A stretch of 62,246 bases of DNA, counting the filler. It is 15 parts of 15 records of this genome, joined end to end, with 100 filler letters (N's around TTAATTAATTAA, not from the genome) between each part and the next. Parts side by side here need not be neighbours in the genome. Positions count along the whole stretch, not along the records: positions 10,430 to 14,315 come from SRR7504441_14952; positions 14,416 to 17,647 come from SRR7504441_14960; positions 17,748 to 23,065 come from SRR7504441_14968; 12 more parts are not named here. One strand, 5' to 3'. The translations under genes and the position numbers were made by a program. The notes under the pieces are model-generated. The model did not search any database and was not told where the DNA came from. It was given only the letters and a program-made list of their open reading frames with translations. Positions 10,807 through 23,165 of this stretch are shown here, piece by piece (position 1 is the first letter of the stretch; each line of letters starts with the position of its first letter).

Positions 10807-12204
10807 CTACACTTCGAGTTGCACTTGTGTGTATCCATACGCCGATTGCAGCTGTTTGACCGGCACCCCTCGCTCCTCCAGCCGCCTCTCGAGCTCCGCC
10901 ACGTACTCGCGGGTGTCCAGCCTCGAAAACAGCTTCTTCTCTCTAACGGACTCAAACCCATCGAACCGCCCTGTCTGCCGGTTCTTGAAATTGACGTTGT
11001 CACGATACCAGTCATACACGTAGCTCATGTACAGAATCGGCCGCGTGCGATTGCCTCTATTGGCAGTGCCTCTGTGCCGCACCCGGAGGTCGAATATGAC
11101 CGCATCCCCCCGCTCGAGCTCTGGCCGTATCACCGGGGTTTGCTCGAATCCGCTGCTCTGCTCGCCGAGCCAAAAGTCCACCCCGAGATTCATGTGACTC
11201 CCAGTCACAAACTCAGTCGGCCCAACTTCCGCGGTCACATTCACCAACGGCACGATCGCCGTCAAGCCGTGCGGTGGCATCCACCGGCCCGGGAGCTGCC
11301 GGTAGAACAGCGGGTCCACGTCGGCGTGCCACGCCTGGTGCTGGCCGCCCGGAAGACTGGTGATCTGTGAAAATTGATCGATTTCGATCTTATTCGAGAG
11401 CGAGGCCTTGAGCACACTCAGTAGCCAACGGTTCATCGCCAGCGCCGGTTGGGTGAACGGTGCCCGGAGCGGCAGCTTCACCTCGGACCGGCCGGCACCC
11501 CGCGAGGCGGCCTCCGTGGCTTCGAACTGGCCCGTGTCGCGCTCCTCCGGGCGATGCAGCCCCTCCGCCGCCTGGTCCAACGCCTCCAACGGCAACACCT
11601 GACGGAGCAGCGCCAGCCCACACACCCGGAGCGCGCTCAGGGCCCGCAGGGTCGAGACCGCTGACATCCGGCCGGCCTGGCGCTCGACCGGCGAGAGATC
11701 CACCTGAATGTCCTCCAGGCCGCAGCTGGCACCCGCAGCCGGCAAGAACTGTCCCGCGTCGAACAACGACCAGCTGGACTGTACCCGGGCCCGCCAGCCA
11801 CACTCAGGGTGGGCGGCCGGGGGCTGGCACAGCCGAGGGTGCCGCTGACCGAGCAGGCGGTCGGCCCTTGCCGCCTGGGTGGCGCCTTGCTCGTTCCCGA
11901 GCAACCAGGCCACCCGCCCACTCGCCCAAGCCTCAAGCAGCTGGCCACTGTCGCTCGGGTCAGCGTTCAGCATCGCCAAGGCCAGATTGGCCCAGCAGTC
12001 GCCCCGGTGCGGCCACTTGAGAGTTGCCAGCTCGAACAGCCGTACAGCCTCCTCGAGCTCACCCGACCGGGCCGCCGAAATCGCCTCTTTGTTGTAGTCC
12101 CGCGGGCTCAGGCTCAGGCGCGCGTACTCTTGCTCTGCCGGGCAGCTCACAGCCGCCTCCCCGCTCACCAGGCCGGCCACCACAATGGCAAACAGCCAGC
12201 CCAT
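10807..12204 (-). CDS. Signal peptide + TPR + PhyH-like 2OG-Fe(II) dioxygenase
   Basis: MGWLFAIVVAGLVSGEAA signal (ATG 12204); TPR (CWANLALAM); WHAD iron motif, GPTEFVTGSH, GDAVIFDLRVRHRGTAN..RPILYMSY. Confidence 0.85.
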   Translation of the reverse strand: MGWLFAIVVAGLVSGEAAVSCPAEQEYARLSLSPRDYNKEAISAARSGELEEAVRLFELATLKWPHRGDCWANLALAMLNADPSDSGQLLEAWASGRVAWLLGNEQGATQAARADRLLGQRHPRLCQPPAAHPECGWRARVQSSWSLFDAGQFLPAAGASCGLEDIQVDLSPVERQAGRMSAVSTLRALSALRVCGLALLRQVLPLEALDQAAEGLHRPEERDTGQFEATEAASRGAGRSEVKLPLRAPFTQPALAMNRWLLSVLKASLSNKIEIDQFSQITSLPGGQHQAWHADVDPLFYRQLPGRWMPPHGLTAIVPLVNVTAEVGPTEFVTGSHMNLGVDFWLGEQSSGFEQTPVIRPELERGDAVIFDLRVRHRGTANRGNRTRPILYMSYVYDWYRDNVNFKNRQTGRFDGFESVREKKLFSRLDTREYVAELERRLEERGVPVKQLQSAYGYTQVQLEV

Positions 12205-12289
12205 CCCACCGCCGGCCCTGATATTGGGCTGTGGATTTTGTCTGTTGGGGTTATCTGTTGGGTTTCGATTTTCCAGAGCCTTCGGATCC

Positions 12290-13025
12290 ATGGCGAGTTT
12301 CCTCGACAACGCGCTAGATCGGATCCGGCGGCAGAGCTGGCGGCACCAGATCATGTCCGCCTCCCCGATGCCCACTCCCTCCCGCCGCACATCGGACCCG
12401 CGCGCCGGCTCGGTCTCGCCAGGCCTCGCGGCCGCGCTCCAGGAGGCCAATGCCATCTTCCGCTGCCCGTCAGCCCGCCCTGGCGGCCTGGGCAGTTGCA
12501 CCCCTCGGTGGTCGCCTTCCGTGCGGCCCCGGGCGGGGGCGGCGCCTAGCCGGAGCCCTGCACCGTCTCCCAAGCCCCGGCCGGCGAGCGTGCCAGCACG
12601 GACCGAGGAGCTGCTGGGGGCTTGGAGTCCGCAGACTGAGGATTCGCTGGCGCGGTGCCGAGCACAGCCGGCTCGGCCGGGAGCCCGGGGACAGGCTGCA
12701 GTACCGGCAGGAGAGCCCGGCGGTGAGGACCAACCCGGTGCTGAGCGGCCAGTGGAGCGCCGAGCGGCGGGTGGGGAGGCCTGGGGAGAGCCCAGTACAG
12801 GTGGCCCGGCGGCCCGGGCTACCTAGAGCGGCCGGGCAGGCGCAAGAGGTGACACCGGCGGCAGCGAGGGCGGCTTTTGCGCGCGAGCTGGATGCCCGGC
12901 TGGGTCGGGTCAGCCTGCCTGCCCGGCCGGGGCTGAGCAGCAGCACCTGGCGTCGCTCGGGCTCGGGGCGGCTAGTGAGGGGCGACGAGGCGGCCAGAGC
13001 AAGCCGGAGCTCCCGGAGGGCTTGA
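12290..13025 (+). CDS. Hypothetical protein, probably multi-exon
   Basis: ATG 12290 divergent from the PhyH gene; GC-rich open frames ending before an AT-rich 3' region; no domain recognised. Confidence 0.3.
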
Positions 13026-13278
13026 TGCGTAGCTTGCAATGTGGCCCGATCTGATAGCAATCCAAGACGTGGGGGCGGGCACAAATGGGCTAAGCTCTAC
13101 ACCGCCACCAACTGGCCACCAAACTAACGATAGATTTGTGAATGGAGGGAAGCGCGTGGGGGCCACTTGAGGAAGTGCGATGGCCGAATGATGTCTAGGA
13201 AAATAAATCTATACCCTCTCTCACGTGTTGTACATGTATGTAATTTGTTTTGCATCATGAATGGTTCAAATGGTAGTA

Positions 13279-14315
13279 TTATGGGCTTGTGGGTGCATCA
13301 AGGCTGACATAATTCTGCCACTGCAACTCTGGCGGTTGGTAGAGCCCGGACCTGGACTCCCAGGCCCGCAGCCGGGCTACCAGCTGGCCCAGCTGGGCCT
13401 CTGCAGCCCTGTGTGCGTCGCTCAATTGGATCTCTCCCGTGTAGACTTTCCTTCCCACCTCCGGATCCAACGCCGCGATCTTCCGAAACGGCCGCAGCTC
13501 CTCGATCTTGTCAAACGAGCCCGTGCTGTAGCTTGCAGCGCTGAGCATGATCCGCCAGATGTCGTCCGGGACCTTGTTAGGCGCTTCCGGGCGGGAGCGG
13601 ATGGCGAGTCCCCAGTTGAAAGGTGGCACCCAGCAGCGCAAGCCAAGCATCACAGCAGCGAGCATGATGCTGACCATCGGCAGCGACGAGTGCCGCACCC
13701 ACCACACGCATGTCGGCCGCATCGAGGTGGTGACGAGCGAAACAACTGCATTTACTCCGGTGGCCAGAGGGAAAATCATGATGAACTGCCGCACTCGCCA
13801 CTTAGCAGTACTCTGGTTCAGTGGCATAAGGAAGGGCTTGATCAATGTGTTTACAGGCAGCAGCGCACTCTGAGCGCAGAGCACCGCAAGCAGGAACACC
13901 ATTGTAAAGTAAATGTGAGCATATTGCCAAATATCGCTGTTTGGCGGTGGGCTGAGCGATTCGTAGTCGTTTGTCATTTGCTTGGCCAACAGTTGGAAGA
14001 GCACCACAACCATGTATACGCGCAGTCGGTCCCGGCAGCCCTCCAGGAACTTGCGCCCGGGCGTCACCTGCCTAGTGCCCCAGAATGGCACCGCGATAAG
14101 CGGCAGCTTGAGTGGCGGCAGCTCCAGCTGCTCCAGCGACCGGCCTACTATCTCCACAGCCTCGGAGGTAGTGCCTGCGAAGTGGCCCTGGGCCATTTTA
14201 AAGTGGTGCAGGTCGTGGATTAGATACGTGTACATATACACCGAGCTGCCCCCAGGCTAGCCCGGCTGGGCCGGCGGGGCACCAGAGGCAGGCGCAGAGG
14301 TCCTGCCACAGGATC
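13279..14315 (-). CDS. Multi-pass membrane protein (probably 5'-truncated)
   Basis: 320-aa ORF with about four hydrophobic segments; family not recognised. Confidence 0.55.
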
Positions 14316-14415
14316 NNNNNNNNNNNNNNNNNNNNNNNNNNNNNNNNNNNNNNNNNNNNTTAATTAATTAANNNNNNNNNNNNNNNNNNNNNNNNNNNNN
14401 NNNNNNNNNNNNNNN
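14316..14415. other. Artificial contig linker
   Basis: N44-TTAATTAATTAA-N44. Confidence 0.98.
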
Positions 14416-14437
14416 GCCAGTGTCCAGTGCTTCCGAG

Positions 14438-15481
<1,044 letters not shown>

Positions 15482-15790
15482 ACGGCACACCTAGGGATTA
15501 CTCACGGTAGCTTTTGGTGGCAATTTGGCGGCCCTTCTTCAATAAACATCTTTTGATGTTTATTGTCACTTTTTTTACTTCGGTTTGGATCATGGTTAGT
15601 CAAATCATGATCGTGCGAGGGTGAAACGAGACCTTGCGGCTTAGGCTTAGGCCGATCTCGGGTCGGCTCCCAAAACGTACGTGTTTACCGGCGTAGTACC
15701 GTATGACTTACGTATGACTGATGTGCTTCGCCGGACTCAGGCGGACTGTCAGTTTCTCGGGCTCATTTGCCGTTATTCCATTCTCAAATC

Positions 15791-17120
15791 ATGCAGGCTC
15801 GCTGCCCGGGTCGAGGCCATCCGGGCTGACGGCCGGGGCAGGGGGAGTGGTCTTGGCAACTCTCCTCGGAGCAAGCGTTGACCCAGATTCAGGACCGCAG
15901 CCGCACGCTGGAGCACGATGCTGACCAGCTGCGCGCCACGGTCCCCCCCAATTCGGCCCGGGTCCAGCCGCCGGCAGGTCCGGACTGGGATCGAAAACCT
16001 CCGGCGGGCGCTGGACGAGCGCGAGGCCCAACTCCTGACTGGCGTCGAGGAGGTCCGCTCGCCCCCAGCCGGCTGCTAGCGTAGAACCTCTCGGGCTCGG
16101 ACCCCGCCAGCCGGCGGCTGGCGAGCCTCGGATTCGGTAGGTCTACGCCAACAACCGCAAGACGCTCACCGAGGTCGAGCACGCGATCGGCACGCTCCGA
16201 TCTCGGTGCCGTCCCAGCCGGTCGGGCGCCGGGAGGGGACGGGCAGGCTGGCCGAGTCGGCGGACGGGATGCAGAAGGCGGTCGCGGTCGGGGACATCAA
16301 CAACGTGGTGGTGCACGGCAAGCGGGTGGGCCGGCGGCGGGGCGGGCGGGGCTGACCGGGCCGCAGCTCGAGGAGTCCTCGCAGAGCCTTAAGGAGCAAG
16401 AGCGGGTGCTGCAGGCCCTGGACACTCAGGTCCCCCTGCCAACCACCCCCGCAGCTAAACCGGTGCCAGATCGGCGGGGCGCTCCCAACGGAAGGCGCCG
16501 AGCACAGCATACGCAATCTGAGCCTAGCCGGCGGGAACGCCCCTGGTGCCCTCCCCGTCCGCATGCCGGTGAACCGGATCCGGCTAGGCGCCTCGTCAGC
16601 CCCAGTGCCGGTCGGTGCTTCGCTGGCCTCCTACTCGATGCCGCCGCCGCCGCAGCCGCTGTCCCCGCCCAACACATTCGGCGGCTCCATGATGACCCCC
16701 AACCCGGTCTCCCGGCTTCCCCCGGCCACACCTGCCACGGGCGAGACCGGTGCGTCTCCCGGATGTGCCTGCACCTGACGGCCTGCCAGTGCCAAACGCT
16801 ATCTACGTCAACGGAGTGCCGCACGACGCGTCCGAATACGTGCGCCGGGCGGGCACCCGGCCGGCTGACCCGGGGGCAGGACGTGCGCGAGACGTTTGAA
16901 CGGTTTGGAGAAATCAAAATGATCAATGCCCGGCATATCTCAACTGGGGTGCGGCGCCGGCGGGCTGGCTGAGCCGGGGCAGGGGTTCGCGTTCGTCTTC
17001 TTTAAGCAAGACATTGGCGCCCAGATTGCGCTCGAGAACCCGCGGGTGGTTATCAAGGGCAAGACTGCCAACGTACTGGCGAAGAAGCAGATCCTGGGCG
17101 GGCGCTCCAATGAAATATAA
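15791..17120 (+). CDS. RRM-domain RNA-binding protein with N-terminal coiled coil; multi-exon
   Basis: ATG CAG then GC-AG intron 15797-15841; C-terminal RRM with RNP2 IYVNGV, DVRETFERFGEI and RNP1 GFAFVFF. Confidence 0.75.
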
Positions 17121-17351
17121 ACACAGACGGCGCAATGAGCACAGTACATGACACAATTACTCCTGTAGCTGGTACATGCAATCGTGAAGCACGGGAATTT
17201 CCGTTGATTGCTCTCAGAAACAGCATACTGTAACATTATATTTGGCGATACTGTACGCATCGATTCCAATCAACGGCAACAAAATTTTCAATGTTAAGTT
17301 TATGGTATCATTCAAAGAGAAATAAAGTAAACCAATTACAACCCAGCTAGA

Positions 17352-17647
17352 CTACGGGATCACCGCCTTGACCATAAGCGGCTTGGCTACTGGATCGTCG
17401 CTGTCGCTAGCTGGCTCGCGCTCCTCGTTCCACATGTCTAGATCGTCGTCGTCTGGCTCCGTCAGCCCGCACGACTGCTTGTGAGTCACCAGCATCTGGA
17501 TCGTCACGAACGCCGGGATGAGCAGCAGAGTCAGAATGAAAGAGACCAGCGTGCCCATCGGGACCCCAGTGTACCGGGCGAGCTGGAGCTGCGACGGAAG
17601 CTCCATGTCTGTGCAGCCACTGCCCCCTGTGCTCAGCACGGCCACCC
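17352..17647 (-). CDS. C-terminal fragment of a membrane protein
   Basis: Open from the contig edge; one hydrophobic helix (LVSFILTLLLIPAFVTIQML) and an acidic tail. Confidence 0.5.
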
Positions 17648-17747
17648 NNNNNNNNNNNNNNNNNNNNNNNNNNNNNNNNNNNNNNNNNNNNTTAATTAAT
17701 TAANNNNNNNNNNNNNNNNNNNNNNNNNNNNNNNNNNNNNNNNNNNN
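17648..17747. other. Artificial contig linker
   Basis: N44-TTAATTAATTAA-N44. Confidence 0.98.
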
Positions 17748-20700
17748 GGCGAGAACGACCAAAGCGGCATTGAAGGCGACCAAACTGGCCTCAGGAGCAC
17801 TGGTGAGGGAAGCACGAGCCAAATCAGGGCTTTTCAATGCTGAGTTAGCAAAAGCAGAGAAAAATTACATCCGAGCTCATGCTGGGCAACACAGACTAGA
17901 TGGCATTGCAGTCAAAATCCATTCAGAATCAGATGCAAAAGCAGTGGCGCGAAGGAAAGAGTTGGTTCAACAGATGCAGCGCTCAAAGCAGGAAAGCTCT
18001 AAGGTGACTTCCCACTAATGAATTCCTCTGCTTGCCTACTAAACTGACTGGGCGCTTGTTAGGCTAAAGGTCAAGAGGCTGCTGAGAAGAGAAAAACTGG
18101 CCCAATTATTGGCAAGGCGGCAGCCCAGGAGAAGGCAACGAAGAATGTCTACAAGAGTGCAGTTCGTGAGAACGCAAAGAAGAAGGATAAATTGCTACAC
18201 ATGACTGGAGACATGGAGGTTCAGGCAAAGAAGGGCTATAAAGCTGCTTCTCGGGAGATCGAGAGCAAAAAGGAGCACTTGTTGAATGGAGCCTTGGCTG
18301 ACGAGCAGGAGGAGAAGAAGAAGCATCAGGCTGCACTGCGTGATGCAAAAGTGAAAGAAGAGAAGGAAAACCGCGATGAAGCATCTTGGGCAGCCACAAG
18401 GGCTCAGGTAATGTGGGATGAGGCCAGAGAGGCAAAACAGAAAGAAGTATTGCGCAAAGCAACAGAGAGTCGGGTTCTTGTTGCAAAAGTTGCAAAGATG
18501 GCGCCTAGGATCCTAGGCGCAGGTAGCCCATCCAGAGCTCTGCAACCGCAAACAAGAGGCAATGCCAGTGCAAGCGCACTTACTTTGCATCTCCAGCCTT
18601 CTCAGTTCCCTGCTGAAACCAGCGCCGAGCGGTATGAGGTGCAATGGCGACAGGCAGGGAGAATCACACCGTCCCCATGGAGAACAGCTACCACACCAAA
18701 CTCCACCATCATTATATCAGGACTTTTACCTTATCAGAAACTGGAGTTCCGTATGCGTGCTCACAACAACCAGGGCTGGAGCGCCTGGAGTAAACACAAC
18801 AATCACATTCGGACTGCTGGGAAGCCCTGGTCATGTGAATTGAAACCCGATATTGAAGGCGTCATCAAAACCTCCGGCGGTCAGTGTTCTGATTATCTTA
18901 CTATCTCAGGTATACCAGCAGCTATGACTGCCACAGGGGGTCTGTTTGGGGCATCCATTGCAGAGAGCGATTCAATCTTTGGTGTACTGTTTTACAATCC
19001 CAGTCCCAGAACCAAGGCCGACAAAGCTCGCTTCAATGGTGACTGTTCAAAGGACTTGGCGATCAGCGTTGCAAATTTGTATGCAAAGGCATTGTCTCAG
19101 CTAAGCGAGTCAATGATGGGTTGCAACACCTCGGATCCAGCTTCAACAAGACTGATTTCAAGTGTAAGGGCACTGACGACCACTGCTACGCAGCAGGAAA
19201 GTATAATTAGCCTACGAGGAAAATACTATCATGAGCACGTGAACGCCTTGGAGAGCCAGCTACATATGTTCCAGAACAACACAGCTTCTAGAATATCACA
19301 AATGAGCAAAGATTTGAGCAAGGAAGTTCGTTCGATACAGACAAGGCTGAAGGAGCAGCTTGCTATGGCCAAGGGCATTTACGATCATCTTGACCCTTCT
19401 CAAATGGATCATCATGATACGCACCGCGGAGTGGATATCTTATACACATGGAGGTGCAAGACAGATGAAGAGTTTACGGGAGAGTTCCGAGCAATCAGTA
19501 GCCCATGCTCCCCGACTCTAAGGTATAACACGGTGCCAACTGGCAAAGCAGCAACGCATGTGTGCCAGAAGAAATTCAATGCATGGGGTATGCGGATGGC
19601 AGCAAAGGCATTACGCGCACTGTCAGAGGAAATGTCACAATGTGCTCACACCCAAGTTCTTGAAAGCGATCCTGTGGCAGCCAGCGACATTGAAGTACTG
19701 AATTCAGAGACGTTCGATAGAGCAATGCACGCATGGGAAAAGGCTGTAACAGCGCGACATGATCCTGACAATGTTGCTGTGTTCAAGCATATGAACTCAT
19801 GGGTGAGAAAAATGGTGAACGCATCATAATCCTTGGTCGCAGGTGACTTCAAAGCAGGAATGGCTGGCTACATTCAACGAAGATGTAATCGCAATGGTAC
19901 ATGCATCCGAGAAGGTACGTCCTCTTGTAGGAATACCCAAATGCGAGCTGATTTATTGTGGCAGAACCCTGAACGGTCGGTTGTTGGAGTCATGAGCGCG
20001 GCTGCAACAATTGATCGCTCTCTCAAGCAGCTAGAACACTCTAGACATGAGTGGCAGACCACAGCTGAATGGATCGAAGAAGAGAGTGTGAGAGCAGCAG
20101 CAGCAAAGTCCCAAATAGAGTCTCGCTGTCAGCCGGGATGCAGAGTCCTCAATTCTGAAAAGCGCAATGGGTGCATTTGCCCATGGTTCTGTCCAACATG
20201 TCCTAGCTGCATGGCAGCTAGCATTTATATACCATTTGCAAATGGATGCGATTCGAGTGTGAGCATTGACATGAAAATAGAGTCAGCAATACAGCCAGAA
20301 TGTAAATGTAGCCAAGGAGGCTGCAACTGCTACAGTTCTGACACTCCTTGTCAAAGAGAGTTCAGTGGCACTCAGTATTGCACCTGCATGCGAGAGTTTC
20401 GGTCAGAGGCTGCAAAGCAATATGGCCAACTCATGATCAAGCATAGCCAGAAAATCAGAAAATGCGATCGCTTAGCCGAAGCTCCCAAGCAAGCCAAGGC
20501 AGTCGCAAGCCAGCTGGCTAGGGCACAACAGGAAGAAAACAGCAACCCTATTCTTGAAGAAGTCGACGATTTGCTCAGCAAGTCGCGACTTGTCTTGCAA
20601 GATTCGGTGAAGGCGGCCCTGTCAATCAAATCCACCGTCAGAGATAGGGATCGTCTAGCTCGACTGATTACCAAGCAAAAGGAGATGCAACAGCAGGAAA

Positions 20701-23065
20701 CCAAAATGCAACTATCACGAAAGTGGATCGGCCAACAAATGGCTGCAGAATCTGTACGGACAGAAAACTGGGTTTGTCCATTATGCGACAAAGCCACAGG
20801 GAAAAACTGTGGGAAAGGACTGTTCCACTTGGCTTCAGGTGACGGGTGTCAAGACGCAACAACTTGTCAAGCTCAGGCAGGGCACCTGACCACCAGCTGC
20901 TTGCAAGCATTCAAGAGCGACGCATACAAGCGCTGCGGTGAAATGTACATGGAGTGGAGTCAACGTCTTATCACAAAATGCAACAAGACATCAAATCAGA
21001 CGAAGACTCGAGGACCACAAAAGGCAGTTTGTGGCCTCCAGAGCAACGTGCAATGCCATACTCTCGAGATGAAGAAACTAGTGGAAACTGCACGCAAGAC
21101 ACGAAAGAATCAAATTATGCATAAGATTGAAACTTCGAAAAGAATTGCAAAATTAGCCAAACAAGCGGTCAAGCAGACAACATATCTTGTAGACGAATAC
21201 AGTAATGCACAACGCCTTGTTCAAAGAGAATTGGGCGAAGTCAAACAGCATGCACATCAAGCTATCACCCGGCGAGGTGCGTTACGCGAGCTTCAAGTCA
21301 AGATGCAGAGAGCTAACAGTGAGGAGAGGACCAGGTCCAAATTGATGGCGAAGGCGCATGCCTTGTTCGTTCAAAAACGAAAGGCCTTGTCGAGGCACGC
21401 TGAGCTGCACAAGAAGAAAGCTCTTGTTGTTGAAAACTGGAAGGTTCGAGCGAAGGAAACTGCATCCAAAAAGGCCCTACAAACGCGTGAGGCGGAGATC
21501 GCAAGTCAAAGGTCAAGGGATGCAGCAATGCGAGCGAGGATTGCAGCTCAAACCGCTGCAGAGGCAGAAGAGAAGGCCAAGCACAAGAAGCAGCTTCTTG
21601 CTGCAGAAGAAAGAGCCGATCGGGAAAGATTGGCCAAGACGAGCCAAGAAGCAGCATCTAAAGCACTCCAAGCTAAGGAGAATCGGGACAAAGCCGCGCT
21701 CAAAGCTGCAAAAGAGTTGGAAACCAAGGAGGCAGTGGCAATGAGAGAGACAGCTGTAAAAAGTGTGACTGCACAACATGTAGCAAAGTTAAAGGAGGCC
21801 AAGCGTGAAGCTTCAGGTAAGGAGAAACTCTCAAAGGAAGTGGGTGAAAAGAACAAATCTAAGAAAGTCTTGGATAAGCAGGTTGTCGAATCACACGAGC
21901 TGAAAAGGAAGTTAAATGTGGCCATGTCAAACCTCGCGCAGGAGAAGGAGCAAGTGCACAGTGGCCGAGCCAACGCCACTGAAGAGGTCACTATGGAAGA
22001 GAAGATGCACCGCAGTCTCGCTAAGGAGCGCGTTGCTAAGGGGACAAGAAATATGCAGCATGTGGTGCAAAAGTTAGAAATCTCTCAGAAGGTCCAGGAA
22101 AGAATAACAACGATGACGCATCAAGCAGCAGCGCAGAGGAGAGCTCTGCAGGATAAGATTACTGCTGAGAGGAGGGCATCTAAAGTGGAAGAAATCAAGA
22201 GATTAAGTGAGCTTCAACAAAAGGTCACAGATGCAGCCAAGCACGCTACTGTTCACCGGCACCTCACGCGGATGCAGGCCCGAAGGGACATTCTCGCCAA
22301 GCGTACATTCGACGACCTGCAGCAGTACCATAAATCGCTATACGCTCGATCGAATGCCAGCGTGGCTTACAACAAGGCTTTGGAAAAGGAGTCAACCCAG
22401 GCTGCTGCAATCCAAGTAGCGTCTGCTGAATACAATGGCCCGCAGAGAGAATATCTACAGGAGCAGGAAAGAGCTGATGCGATTGGGCAGGAAATAAAGG
22501 CCGAAAAGACCAGATTGGAGCGTACCAGCAATGTCCTGGAAAGAGCGAGCCTCCAGCGGGTTTTGAACAACATGCGAGAAAGGCAGCTGAGACTAGCTGC
22601 ATCAGCTCGCAAGGCTAAAGCTAAAGCCGATAGTCTCCAAGCGGCCATGGAAAGCGCATGGTCCAAGGCAGTGTCCATTGGGCTGCACAAGGCACAGGCT
22701 TACAACGCCCTGATGAAGTTCAGTCGCACAGTCCAGAACGACACACTAGCATTGAAAGCCGACGAGCATGCTACCATCTCAATCAGTCGAAGGATACTAG
22801 AATTAAGAGTTCAGCTTGATGAGGAAAAGCGACATGCCAAGAGCATCCTGATCAGGAGCTGTCATGAGCTGGAGTACCAGGCCTCAGGTGCAGCTGCCGA
22901 CGCCATCATGAAGCAAGAGGATGCGAGAAACGCAGCTGCAGCACTTCATGAGGCTACAAAGCAAAGTGCTGAAATTAAAAAGAGAGCAAACCATTTGGAG
23001 CAAGCGGTGCTTCATGCGAGAAATAAGTTCCACCAGCTTCAAGACACCTCAAACACGTTATCAGC
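17748..23065 (+). CDS. Very large coiled-coil protein with an FN3 domain and Cys-rich segments (both ends truncated)
   Basis: ORFs of 82, 545 and 1094 aa can be joined by GT-AG introns near 18004-18062 and 19803-19965; FN3 motif YEVQWR..ISGLLPYQKLEFRMRAHNNQGWSAWS. Confidence 0.75.
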
Positions 23066-23165
23066 NNNNNNNNNNNNNNNNNNNNNNNNNNNNNNNNNNN
23101 NNNNNNNNNTTAATTAATTAANNNNNNNNNNNNNNNNNNNNNNNNNNNNNNNNNNNNNNNNNNNN
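23066..23165. other. Artificial contig linker
   Basis: N44-TTAATTAATTAA-N44. Confidence 0.98.

Noticed and set aside
15641-15652. TTAGGC x2 as a telomeric repeat
   Set aside because: Only two copies, internal; compatible with chance.
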